From contig CM060734.1 of the NCBI GenBank assembly GCA_030704615.1, forward strand, positions 62,868,001-62,932,000: a DNA stretch of 64,000 nucleotides. The letters run 5' to 3'. The notes under the pieces are model-generated. The model was not told the origin of the DNA. It saw only the letters and a program-made list of their open reading frames with translations, and searched no databases. Below, one piece after another: positions 22,669 through 36,890 of the stretch. The translations under genes and the position numbers were made by a program. Numbering within the stretch: the stretch's first letter is position 1; each line of letters opens with the position of its first letter. This stretch comes from Takakia lepidozioides (lineage: Eukaryota; Plantae; Bryophyta).

Positions 22669-25600
22669 AGTAGGATAGTATGGCTGGATTGAACTTGGTC
22701 TGGATGGCATCAGAGCTTTGGAGCCATCCCTGGTGTAACCCCTTTGATCCCTAAGGATTTGGATCTCTGATTGCATCTACATCAAGTCCATCAGCAGGCC
22801 TCTTTGGCTGCAGTTTGATTGATTGTCAGGGAGTGATTCTCGATACAGGCTTCTACATGCAGTGCTTTAATCAGGAACTTTTAATTTCCTTGCAGACCAG
22901 TTACACATGGGGTTGGCTGCACATGCTGTGACCCAGAGTTGGGGGCGATAGATCAAATGGTTTATAGGGACATACAGTAATCTGAGCAAGCTATGCAGGT
23001 GATTAAAAGTGCAGTTATCAAGCAGCCTCACTCAATAAAAGGGTTGGTAGCCAAACAGCTCCCACCTATGTTCTGACTGATCACACCTATTAGTGAGTCG
23101 AGGGCATATTTCTCATTTCAATCTGTTTGTCTTTAGAAGATCCGTACATTTAAAATGTCCAGTTGTAGGCAATTTCCTGGTTTAAGCTGACTGGTCATGG
23201 TTTTTATCTATATATTTTTGTTGTCTCTTGGTTGATTTCTAATAAGGAGGGCGTGCCTATACAGATGTAGGTGGGTCTTCAACCAAGAGACTGAATACAT
23301 CATGAGAAGATTGCTGTTTAAATTGAGCTGCAAGGCCAACCTGCTCTAGCCAAAATATCTTCCATCAAGATCATGGGCTAATTTAGTTGAGGAATCCCCC
23401 GTCGATGACTCAGTCGAAGCTTTGCCAGGTTCAGGTATGGAAAATGACCTGCCCCAATCTCATACCTCGAACATGCTTTAGCCATGCGAGATTGACGTCA
23501 ACTTTTAGCATCAAACCATTGTTCCTCTTGTCAAGATCACACTGTTGATAGATATCAGGAAAAATCCTTATTTCCTGTAATTATGGTGTGTCAAATATGG
23601 GGGCCTTGCCACGAGGGATCTCAAGAAGAGATCCCCAGCCCAGCATAGTGTGGTCCCTTGATACGAATACACCACTCAGCTGCCCTAGGCAACGCGGTCA
23701 GCAAACAGAGGTTAGGTGAAAACAATAATGGGAGTCCCGTACATTTCAGGTGTACAATAGTGTATTGGATGTGTGGAGTGTGGCGTGATGAAAGTAGGAT
23801 CTATGAGTGTCCTCTATGTATGAATCTTGATCTCTCTAGCAAGACCCCAAACTAGTGTGACAGCACCCCCTAACAGCTGCATACTTTAGAGGAGTAGCAT
23901 CTCATATGTGCTCCGGAATCCAGCACCACATGTGGATCAACCAGCTACTTAATGTGTGGGTATAGGGACTTTTGGGTCCTTGGGGGAGGGTTGGGCAACC
24001 GCATTGTCCCGGTTACTCAATTAAAAGGTGTCCACCTTTTGATGCAGAAGGCAGTAACCATTTGGGATGAAGTGAAACCATAAAGTAGTCTGCTTGCTTT
24101 CAAAGAAATTAATCTTGTGCCAAAGAGAAGAGAACAGTCGGTCCATGGACACATTAACAACCTCCTCCAGTCGCTAACAACTGGCCATCCCCAGAACCAG
24201 AAGACAGAGATATAAATTGGGGAAATCGTAAGAATCGATACTTGAAAGTCAGGGCACGTCTGAATTTTGAGTCTCTGTATGAGAAATGTTGAAGAGCTTT
24301 TGGACAACTCTTCCTCCAAGCTCATTTGAGCTTCCCTCTCTCAACTATTTTGTTCTCACTTTGCTTCAATGTCAGATGATAGATATTTAGTATAGTCATT
24401 TTTTTGTGTAGGTGAATCAAATGGTTGGGGCTATCCAAAGTTTCCAAATTTTGAGAGAAGAAATTTCAGAAAACCAACGATCCGGCAGAGTGACTATGAC
24501 ATAGACTAACTGAGAGGAACCAGATTTGAACTGAGAGAGTGGGTGCAGAGCTGTGGGCGTTCACACCCATGGGATCTCTACACTGTCTCCCATATACTGA
24601 GGTATTTGTGGATGTTGCAATGCACACTGAAATGTGATCGCATCAACACTATCGAATTTTCTCTGTCTCGGAGTTTCTATTTTATTCTGGTTGCAATCTA
24701 ACCATACTGAGAAAGTTGATCCACGCGGTGAGACAATGAGTTCCTATGAACCTCATGATAGGTCCAAGTTTTATAGACATTGAATGGTAAATTTTCCAAA
24801 ATTTGAGGGCTGAGTGGGGCCAGGTGTTTTGGAGCCCATATGCCTGCAAGTTACTACCTACACTGGTAGACATCTCTGGGACCAAAAAATGGGCCATGTC
24901 GTCATTTCCTTGCATTTCTACAGGGAGCCCGCGTGGCAAGGTGCCACAAGGGGTGCTTTCATGTCACATAGGGCATACAACCTTCCTGGCCATTGGCGGC
25001 TAACTCACGCCGTTTGTACAACTGCTGCTGCATCCCCCAATAGAACCGGCCGTTTTCAGACCCTGTGGTTTTTGCTAAAATCTGGAGGTCTGAGTTTTGC
25101 TCCAAATTACATGCTTTCAATGCAGGGGTGTGGGCCATGTTGTCAGAAATTTTTTTGCTTCAGGAACCATGTCATTTGGATGAAATCTCAAAAACGTATG
25201 CCCATTTTTGATAGGTCGAAAACTGATTCCGGTCCCTTAGGAAGTTAAGGGATAAGGAAGAGTTTGTTAGAGACTTTGTCGTCCTTATGTTCCTCATTTC
25301 TTTTGTGTGAGCTTTTGGGCTTTCGCTTGCTAGCTAGTTCGGTTCTTGGTGTTTCTGGCACCACTCCCTTTGAGGGGGGGTTGTGTTTTGTGTTTGTTCT
25401 CTTCGGTTGGTTCTTATGTGGCTCATTCGTTGGCTAAGAATGTACTCCTAATGGCTTGTGAAGGTTGTAATTTTTTTCCTTGAATAATTATCACTAAGAC
25501 TTCCATGACATCTATCCCCAAGGCTATTTTTCCGGGAAATTTTTTTTTTAAAAAAAATCTTAAGGTCAGGTTCGCACAGTTAGTGCTGCCAACAGTTAGT

Positions 25601-25766
25601 CATTAATCATTAGTCCAAAATAAAAACAAAAGTCATTAGAGTAACCTTAGCAGCCAGCTGTTAAGTTAAGGCAGGTGAGAAAAAGGTCAATGGCGTTAAT
25701 GGTTGTTCACACTAATGTGCCATTAAGCCCATAAAAGTTGTTAACGGTTATAAGTAAACAATCACA

Positions 25767-28700
25767 TTTTTTTTTTTTTTTTTTTTATTTTTTCAGAACA
25801 GGGAACAGAGGCCCTGCGGAACTTTATTTAAATGGAGAAAAGCAGATACACAAGGAAAAAATAACCTTGTTGAGGGAGCCATGGAGACCAACGGATGAGG
25901 CACTGCTCCGAACGAGAGCTCTAAGGTAGGTCCTATCGAGAAGCTAAGAGACAGAGACGTAATGGAAAAACTAGCAGCTTCCTCTCTTCCTTTTGCAGGG
26001 CTCAAAAGAAAGGTGAATCCTAGATCTAGTTTTCCTGAAGCTGCGCTTGTGGCGCCAGTTGACCTCCGGCTCCTCGCCAGCCAGAGGAGAGGTCTTAGTG
26101 CTAATTGAACTCCCAGCATGTAGGGAAGGTGTCGCTCTAGGAAATTCGCAGTTCGGCAAGTCTGGTGCAGAGGATGCCACCCTTTCCCCAAGTCGAGTCA
26201 AAACGAGAGAGCAGTTGGTGTCGCTTGCCTTCATAGCTTCGGTAAAAAGCTGCAACCAACAATTCCCATGCCTTCCGAGCCTCAGACGTGAGCTCTGTAT
26301 AACAAAACTCTAACACCAGGCATAAAGCTGTCAAACTAAGAGGAGCATCGAATTTTCCATGTGTGCCACACAACGTGGGCACGGAGCGCAGCCCAAACAG
26401 GGCAGTCTGACCAGATAGACCCTTCATATAGGTTGAGAAGGATGACAGAGGGAACTCTCGGGAAGTTCTTTCCCCAAGTAGAATGGAACAAGGCAACTTT
26501 ATCCCAAACCAAGGAGGCAAAAGGGCAAGCAACAAAGATATGTTCCATGGTTTCCACAACCGAAGCAGAGCACAGGGGACAGATGGTTAGAGAATCAACA
26601 GACATGAGTAATAGGCAAGATGCGATTAGCAACCCTCCACAGGAAACTACTAATCTTGGCAGACCTCTCTTTTCACAGGACGTCTTTCCACACAGGACCC
26701 CATGAAGTCACCTCCTGACTTAGATGCCTCCATTTGTGACATAACTTAGCGTCAAAAGAAATGGGAGGTTTCAGCAGAGAGTATTCCATCTTCACAGAGT
26801 AGGCAAAAAATGGATCATGTTTCTTCGTCATCCAGCTCCAATCTCCAGGGTCAAATTGGAGAAGGCTGATAGGAGCAGAAAGGAACCATCTAAAGGAGTT
26901 GTCATAGTGCGCAATATTAACAGGAGGGTGTGGGTCAACTAGGCCATTCGACATAGAGAAGACCCTGATCGGGAATAAGTCATTCTCTAATACTTTAGAC
27001 CAGCGAGGGGAGAAAAGGTTACCCATCATGTCAACCTTGAACTTCCCACCCAGAAGATACAACTAAACCCTGAAAGTAGCAAGAAAAGCAAAAGACCCCT
27101 GTTGCCCCACAGGCCCCTGCTGCCCCACAGAGCCCAACCAAGCAGGCAACGATCCAAGTTGGCAGGGACGGCAGTGAGGTTGATCCATTCATCCGGGATT
27201 TCCTGGACCAACGAACTCCAGCTATTATTGAACACACGAGAAGAGAGGCCCACATCAGAATTCTGTAACTTCAGGGGATGACCATTTTCCCAAATATGGC
27301 TGAAATGAGAGATGCCTCCCATTTCCCGTCTCCCCCAACGGGCTGTGCAGAGGAGAAGCAGATCCGAATCAGCATTAAAATTTGCGAACAATGGCTGTCT
27401 AAGAGCCTCTTCAGGGGTGGATGGCATTCTTTGAAAAAGATTGGTCTCATATGGAGCCAGGCATCCCAGATGGACTGCCAGGCTTTAGAGCCAAACTTCG
27501 CTGCTCTGGCAGGAGATCCCTGCACCACCCATCTCAATGAGGGAGGCCACAGGAGAGTAGGAGAGGGCACTGAGTCCATAATGTGCTGCCTGACCAGAAA
27601 GCTCCAAGGCGAGGAGGTGTTTGTAAAAGTCCTCGGGACCCATTTAGCCAACAGAGCCAGAATTTGAGATTGCGGGTCAAGAATTCCAGGCACACCATTC
27701 TTCTTCTTCTGAGTAATTTGATCCCAGCTACCTGGAGACCACGCGGAAGCATTGAACCAGGTAGATTGTAAGAGAACTTGGTTGACAACCAACGCTTTGC
27801 CAGCAATAGACAGATAAATAGAGGACCAATGAGCAAGCTTAAGCATAGCAATAACCGGGGCACATCTCTGCTGGTCAGAAATATCATGACCGATTAGATG
27901 CCCCAAAAGCACATGAGTCTGGCCATCACCCAGCCAAACAAGACCTAGATCCTGCCCCCACGGTGCACAGTGAGAGGCCAATAGGGGATCTTTCTTTCTG
28001 GAAAGAATCCCAACTGACTTTCCCCAATTGATGGAAAGTCCGGAGGCACCACAGAAAGTGTCAAGAATGGAGAGAGCGTTGGTGACATTGAGAGCAGAAC
28101 TGTTGTCTATAAGCAGGACTGTATCATCAGCATAAAGCGAGGCTTTAATGGTGTAGGGAATAGACATGGCTCTCGGAACTGAAAGGCCTTTTACATGAGG
28201 AGAGGCCTCCAAAAGATGCCCTAGCCCGTCTGCTGCGATGAGGAATAAAAATGGCGCCAAAGGACACCCTTGCCTGACCGATCTATGGAGAAGGAAGGAA
28301 GAGGACAACGCCCCATTGACAGACACCCTGCTAGAGGCAGAAAATAACAAGATGCAGATCCAAGAAAATGAAGTGCATCAGGAGTGCCAGGGGCTGGTTG
28401 GAAATGCAGGCATGGTGAAGAGCCTCATTCACTAGGAGAATGTTATCCAGTATCATGCGATTTTTCGTGAAGCCTGTCTGCTCCGGACGAATCACTTTGT
28501 AAAGGAGGGGCTGCAGCTGGAGCGCCAAGGCCTTTGCTACGATCTTATAGACCGAGTTAAGCAAAGTTATGGGTCTGTAGTTCGAAAGAAGGCCTCGATC
28601 ACCTTTTTTGAAGATCAACGTGATTACCCCTTGAGATAATTGAGAGGGCAAAATTCCCTTGAACAGGACATCGTTAACCATTGCGAGGAAGTCTCCTCCC

Positions 28701-28927
28701 ACTTCTTGCCAAGGGGTCTTGAAGAACTCAACGGGAATGCCATCTAAACCAGGAGCCTTGAAAGGGCTGAGCTCTTCCACTGCCGTAAGAAGCTCTATAG
28801 TCGTGAAAGGAGCAGAGAGAGAATCCTGATCAACAGAAGAGAGGATCTTCGGAATACAATCCAGAACCTTCGATCGATTATCCATCAAGTCCGGGGTGTA
28901 GGCCCTCTTTTTGAAAAGATCCGACAA
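25767..28927 (-). mobile_element. Decayed, 5'-truncated L1-clade LINE (RT and zf-RVT)
   Basis: KAPGLDG, NYRPITLLN, VRQGCPLAP, YADD and C..C..ETMEHIFVACPFA, with multiple frameshifts. AATAAA and a poly(A) tail appear as the T run at 25767-25793. Confidence 0.92.
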
Positions 28928-29161
28928 GTAATGTCTTCACAAGTTAACATATCTAGCTACTAAACTATAGTACATATAATCAATTTAGTACACATAATAT
29001 TATATTCTCGATAGCCTATATATATAGAAGGTAGTATGTGTCTTTTTATAATTATTATCAATAATGTGTGGTAGGAGCTGCAAAGTTCAAATACTCCATA
29101 TTGAGCACCACTTTGAGTCAAAAAGGTCAAGAAAGACAAACGACCAAAACAAGATGTACTA

Positions 29162-29456
29162 TGGTTAAGAGAAAAATTTGTAATACTTTGGTAAATTAAC
29201 TTGTAAACTGTGGTTACAAGAAAAATTTGTATTACTTTGGTAAATTAACTTGTAAACTGTGGTTAAAAGAAACATTTGTATTACTTTGGTAAATTAACTT
29301 GTAAACTGTGGTTACAAGAAAAATTTGTATTACTTTGGTAAATTAACCTGTAAACTGTGGTTAAAAGAAAAATTTGTATTACTTTGGTAAATTAACTTGT
29401 AAACTGTGGTTAAAAGAAAAATTTGTATTACTTTGGTAAATTAAACTTGTAAACTG
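29162..29456. repeat. Minisatellite, 6 x 49 bp
   Basis: Unit tggttaaaagaaaaatttgtattactttggtaaattaacttgtaaactg starts at 29162, 29211, 29260, 29309, 29358 and 29407. Confidence 0.95.
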
Positions 29457-29546
29457 CCTTACCTAAACGACGAGGCGACTAGAAAGGGGTCCCCTCTTTT
29501 TCATCCAGTTGTAGTGGATGAAGACGGATGAAGCTGCCGTCTGAAC

Positions 29547-30047
29547 CAGTGTTGTACCGGTATATAGGGTATCGCCTGGTATGTGCACAGGTATATGCAC
29601 TATGTGCACAGGTATATGCACTGGTATTAGATACCAGTCTGGTATAATTTGGGAGAATACTTGGGCATATACCAGGACCAGGCTGGTATCAGTTTTTCAT
29701 ACCAGCCACAATACCAGTACTCCCCCAACGTTTTCCTCATTTAGTCTGGTATGTATAGTATACTAATCTATGTGTATATATGCCTACATATTTGTACTTA
29801 TGTATATTTATTTCCTTATTGTATTGTATTTGTTTTCACTTGATACTTGCTATTTGATGAACTTGTTATTCAATGATGGCTTTGGATACCAGAATTGATA
29901 TCTCATACCAGCTGGTATTGTGGTCAGTCATACCAGTATCTGGAAAAAGATACATTTATTATTATATAGACCAGACTGGTATGAAAGTTTTGCGATACGT
30001 CTAGGACCAGTCTGGTATGTCCTAAAACTGATACCAGTACAACACTG
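29547..30047. mobile_element. hAT-type MITE (501 bp)
   Basis: TIR cagtgttgtac(c/t)ggtat. 8-bp TSD gtctgaac (29539-29546) / gtcggaac (30048-30055). Many internal ataccag/ctggtat motifs. Confidence 0.88.
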
Positions 30048-30314
30048 GTCGGAACAGAAAATGTAGCCTGCAAAGACCTGATCTACACGCTCTAATTGTA
30101 AGCGCCCCAACAAATTGATTTCCCTGCCGTCAAGAATTTTCGTAAGGCAGGGCCGGTCGGACGATTAGTGGCCCTATTGATGCAGTTAGGAAAAATAATA
30201 GTCTGCTGCTGTGTACTAATGGCTACGACTAGCAGATTAGGGTTCAATTTTCTTAAGGGTAGGTAGTTGATTATTTCGTGCAAATGCTAGCTTGTTAACA
30301 CTAACTACTGACTA

Positions 30315-32478
<2,164 letters not shown>

Positions 32479-33139
32479 TAAGCTATGCCCCACAATTGAA
32501 GCTTGGAAACAATGAACAAGTCTAATGATGACCAAGGATCACCTGATGCTGGAAAACAATAATTTTGTGGAAGAAAAGCATGTCATGAGAGCACAAGACC
32601 CAAACACAAAACAGCAACAACAAGAATGGAAGGTGTTGCGAGAGCCCAGTGAGGACAAGCCCGCCAGGCTCACCGATCTGAGATGTAGAGGGAAGGCCAG
32701 ACGATAGTTTGGGATCACACGTGCTTAAATACTTCCCACATTTTCTTTTTCTCTTTTTATTTCTACTTTTGGAGTTCTCTTTTTTGTGTAAGGGCGTTGG
32801 CCCTTTACTTTATAACGGGGAAAAAATAAAACCCTGGTGAATGCCATAAGGGAGGGTGCACATCCAGTGGATGAGGGAGCAGTCCAGACGAAATGCGAGA
32901 GAGAGCAGCTATAGTACAGGGCTGGTGCTGATGGACAGAAAAAAGCGCATTGGATGGGGATGGGCAACCATTGTCGGCCATACCACCACACCAGGGAATA
33001 AATGGCCTATATGCCAAAAATTAAAGTTAGTTACGTACCCTTAGAAAGCGAAGGGCCCTAGAAACTCTTATTTATTTGTAGCATATGACAAAACTTTTGT
33101 TTTTGTTTTTTGGGAGGATTCGGAAAGGGAGTGAAAAAA

Positions 33140-33540
33140 ACAAAAAAACAAAAAAAAAAAGTGAGCCCTTCTTGAGAGCTGTTCTATTTTTATACCTCCC
33201 ATACGGCACCGTCCTTGTAGCTTTCTTTAGACAACTAGTTTCTGTTGCTTTGCAAAACGCTCAAGCTCAATCTATTTTAGCAGAGGTTGCTGAGGCGGCT
33301 TCATCTCGCCTCCCTGCACTCTCTGATCCACCCTCTTTCATGTTGTCTGACCTTCTTCAGAATGTAGGTGATACTAGAATAGTTTGATTTCTTTCTTTGT
33401 GTTAATATATCTAGCTCTACGAGCTTTGGTTGTTTCCTCTTGGGGACAGTTACACCCATTTGTACAGTCACCCCACTTGGGTCTTTTTATAAAGCTATGC
33501 AGGATCCTTTCATTTTTATATATTTTTGCTAACTTCAAGA
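33140..33540 (+). mobile_element. 3' end of a CRE-clade (restriction-like endonuclease) non-LTR retrotransposon
   Basis: FFRQLVSVALQNAQAQSIL..SSRL..LS resembles the RQRxSxALQRxxA C-terminus of CRE-type elements, followed by a T-rich 3' UTR. Confidence 0.55.
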
Positions 33541-33719
33541 TATTGTTGTTGAAGGGAACATATTTATTTATTTATTTAGCAGGACTTGAGTGTCCCACCT
33601 GGGCACAAGCTCGTTATGTTCCCTAAGTGTTCCATTGATGGATGAATGTAGATATTCTATGATGAATTATGTAGATGAATGTTTAGTGGTTATTTTTGTA
33701 AAGTAATGTGCCTATGATG

Positions 33720-35709
33720 ATACCGTCAGTGAGGTCAGGCTATGGAGTCCAATATCTTTGTATCCTTCGCTTTCAAGGAGTGAGCTGGAGAGGGTTTGAC
33801 AGTGAATCTGTTTGCAAGGATATTGTTACTTGTTCTAAGATGAAGCGCATCGCAGGGCATCACAGAGTCTTTGCCGCAACCAAAGAGGGGCACACCGGAT
33901 TCTGAGACAACTGCAAGTGGTAGAGAATATGCTCCGTTCCACCAGATACAGACAGTGGGTTCTTTAATGGAGAAGATACAATCGTTCCTGTTAGGTATGG
34001 ACATTTATCAATGAGGTAGATTCTTAAACATCTGTAGATTGGTATACATATCTTCTACTTAGAAGTGCAGAAGACTTTCCATTCCAGTTTCGTTGTTTAG
34101 GTTGTTTTTATGTCATGTGCTCATGTAGAGAATGTAATGTATTCATGAGACGACGTATGCCGTAGTCTTGTGGCCATAGACCCTGCGCCTAGTTTGTGCG
34201 GAACAAAAGGGGCCACAAACTACCTTTGTGAGGCATCTATATAGATCCCAAAAAAGGGTTGGTGAGAGAGGGCAGCCCTGTTTGATGCTATCAACTTCTG
34301 ACGAGATTCTCCTGCGCCCTTGACCATGTCAATGAGAGTCCCATACCTAGATAAGATGGCATATATGATGTTAGAAGGGTGTGAAGCCTAAGCATGATTA
34401 GGGAGGGAGAGAATGCACATATGAGTTGACGAGATGTTATATTGTCTCTCGCTGCTCATGTAGAGCTGAAAATCTGCATAATGGCTCTCAACATTGGACA
34501 TTGCCAGCGGGAAACAGATTCTTTTCTCATCTATAGAAAGACAACCTCAATTCTTCTGTCAATCACACACTCAAGTTGAGCCAGGGAGAAGGTGAGGGGA
34601 AAATATTTTATGTATGAGCAGAATTTATTCTTTGCCCTTCATTCTTGGGTTTGGTTGGTAGCCATGCACAATGTTGGAGTTGCAATGGCCACAAGCTTTG
34701 GGCTGGTTGTACCGAATGTTAAGAATGTTTAACGTCTCTCTGTACTGGAGGTAAACTCCCCTTTCCTCTGTGCACTGGTTTTCTATCTTAGCAGGCTGTC
34801 AGGCTTAGGATATCAGAATCGACCGTCTCATACATTTATTCCATCCTACTGTTAGACTCAGGTCCGCCGATAAGCACATAGGGCTAGACAGATCAAAAGA
34901 ATAGATGCTCAATCATGTCTACATGATGATGAAGTTCAAACTGCTACTGTATCCATGTACTATAAGGCACACATAGCTGATCTGAATGACCAGGGGCCGG
35001 TTGCCATGGAGTTGATACCTCCCATGGTTACAGCCTACGAGACTCAAATCTGGAGTCGTCGTGGCGATTGAGCACAGACAAATCTTTTACCTAGAATTGA
35101 GTATTCATGGTCCACTGGCATGTGCCTCATATCAGAAAAGATAAGATTGAATTCAGCAGTGCCGCTCTTCCCTTCTTTTTTGCAAAGTGACCGTCAGTGC
35201 AACAACACCCACGTTTATCCATCAATTCGAAGATCGGCGAGCCCTGTCAACCAAATCAAACCCTTTTTAAGAAGAAATATGAAATGGCTGAGTTGTATTT
35301 CTATTTATCTTAAAACTGGGAAATTAGGAGTGTAATTTATAGTTGTTAGTGCTGGTTTCTTTCAGAGGTTCTTGTTGAGGGGCCCGCTTTCATTCTCCCT
35401 TCTCTTTTCTTTATTGGATATGCTTCGAAGGCTCCCAAGACATTATTAAGTTTCTTTTTTTCCTGTTTCTTTCTTTCTCAAATTGCAACGGAGATAACTC
35501 GACTAAATCAACTGGCGGGGACAAATATACTGGCACCAGAAGAGCTCTCGGGAGGAACAATCACTGTCACCAATTTTGGGGCTATAGGTGGGAAATTTGG
35601 TTCACCAATTCTCAACCTCCCCGAAGTTGCAATAGTTGCAATTGGGAGAATACAGAAGGTGCCCCGGTTAGCAGATGATGGCAGTGTCTTTAATTCTTCT
35701 GGAATGACG
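33720..35709 (+). pseudogene. BCE2: Partial intron-containing pseudogene of branched-chain alpha-keto acid dehydrogenase E2 (dihydrolipoyl transacylase)
   Basis: EDTIVPVR|gt at ~33995; HNVGVAMATSFGLVVPNVKNV*RLSVLE|gt at 34661-34750 (in-frame TAA); EITRL..GGTITVTNFGAIGGKFGSPILNLPEVAIVAIGRIQKVP at ~35482-35709 (acceptor reads caa). No lipoyl-domain or DHR catalytic exon seen. Confidence 0.85.
34142..34232 (-). mobile_element. Short 3' end of the 8011-9095 non-LTR family
   Basis: catgagacg..tgccgtagtcttgtggccatagaccctgcgcctagtttg matches the family terminus. Confidence 0.75.
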
Positions 35710-36763
35710 GTGAGTATGCATCCCTTTCTTGTCTGATTGAGACTTGTTCACAAATATGCCAGGGCAATCTGTCTAGGTTGGATGTGCGGATGGACTTCCA
35801 CCAGTATGTAGAGCATCTGCCTGATGACCAAGATCCATGGAGAGAGGTTTACCAATTAGACTCCGCTGCTCTAAGCTTCTTGCACGGAGAGTTGGATACT
35901 GAAAAGAGTGGTACATGAGCAACAAGTGTGCAAGAGTGCGACACTGCCATACAGTGCACAGAAAGAGAGTTTATATTCTGGTTTTTTCTAATGATTGGAA
36001 GTAACAGGTGGAGGTGCTAGTCAGCAAAATAGCCACGCATTACACAATGGAGATTCAAGCATATGTTGGCAATTTATTTCTCGACACTGACATATTTGCG
36101 AAACTGCATCAAGGGTACGCACATTCCTTTCATCTACAAACACTTCATGCTATTGTTTGCTAGTTACTTCACTTAGTCAGTATGTGTTCTCCTACCCACC
36201 CCTGAAAGGGGGCAGTAGCCGTAAGGCGAAGTGACTCTTAGTTACGCCGGCCCCAGCCGGAGTCATCTCTCTTCTCATATTGTTTAAATGTTATGGAGGG
36301 AGAGAGAGAGAGAAAGTCAGATAGAAGGCACCGAGGTACCATGCATTGGAACTTCCCAGACCTAAATAAGACTGCATATAGTTTAAGGGTGGTACATACT
36401 ACAATATGATCTATTTTGAGATTGTAGGTCTTACACGCACATTTGATATCGACTTTATATACTAGATATATTTATGTCATATATCTACTTGATATATAGG
36501 CTATCTAGTACATATGAAAGTTGTTTAAACGTGTTTAGTACTACTATAGTGTACATAAATTGTCAAGTAACATCTGGTCATGGTTTTGGACATTCTGTTC
36601 TGACATTTCGGTCTAAGTGCCAATATCGGTGCAAAAGTATTCAATGTTGTATATATTGGTGTTGGAATTGAGTGCTATATGGAGGGAAAAAACATTGGGC
36701 ATTTGAAATCCCTACAGATACTGCACGTTGATATTCCATCATTCTTGTTCGTCACATTTAGAT

Positions 36764-36890
36764 ATGGCAAACACCGGGGAGCGGGACATTGATACAGAGT
36801 TGTCAAAAGAAGGGTTGGTTCGACAGCATGACTATCCGTATGTTGCCGGAGATTGCCTCTTTGATTCAATGGCTTTCCTTTTGAACATTT
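36764..36890 (+). pseudogene. OTU-like cysteine protease N-terminal fragment
   Basis: MANTGERDIDTELSKEGLVRQHDYPYVAGDCLFDSMAFLLN resembles the OTU Cys-box (LxxxGL...xGxCLFxSxA). Truncated by a stop. Confidence 0.45.

Noticed and set aside
23300-25250. Possible gene or element from several short ORFs
   Set aside because: No recognisable domain in the frames I read; left unassigned.
29162-29456. Regular repeat array as CRISPR
   Set aside because: Head-to-tail 49-bp units with no unique spacers.
34728-34733. In-frame TAA in BCE2 as a U-to-C editing site
   Set aside because: Nuclear, intron-containing locus with other lesions; reverse editing is organellar.
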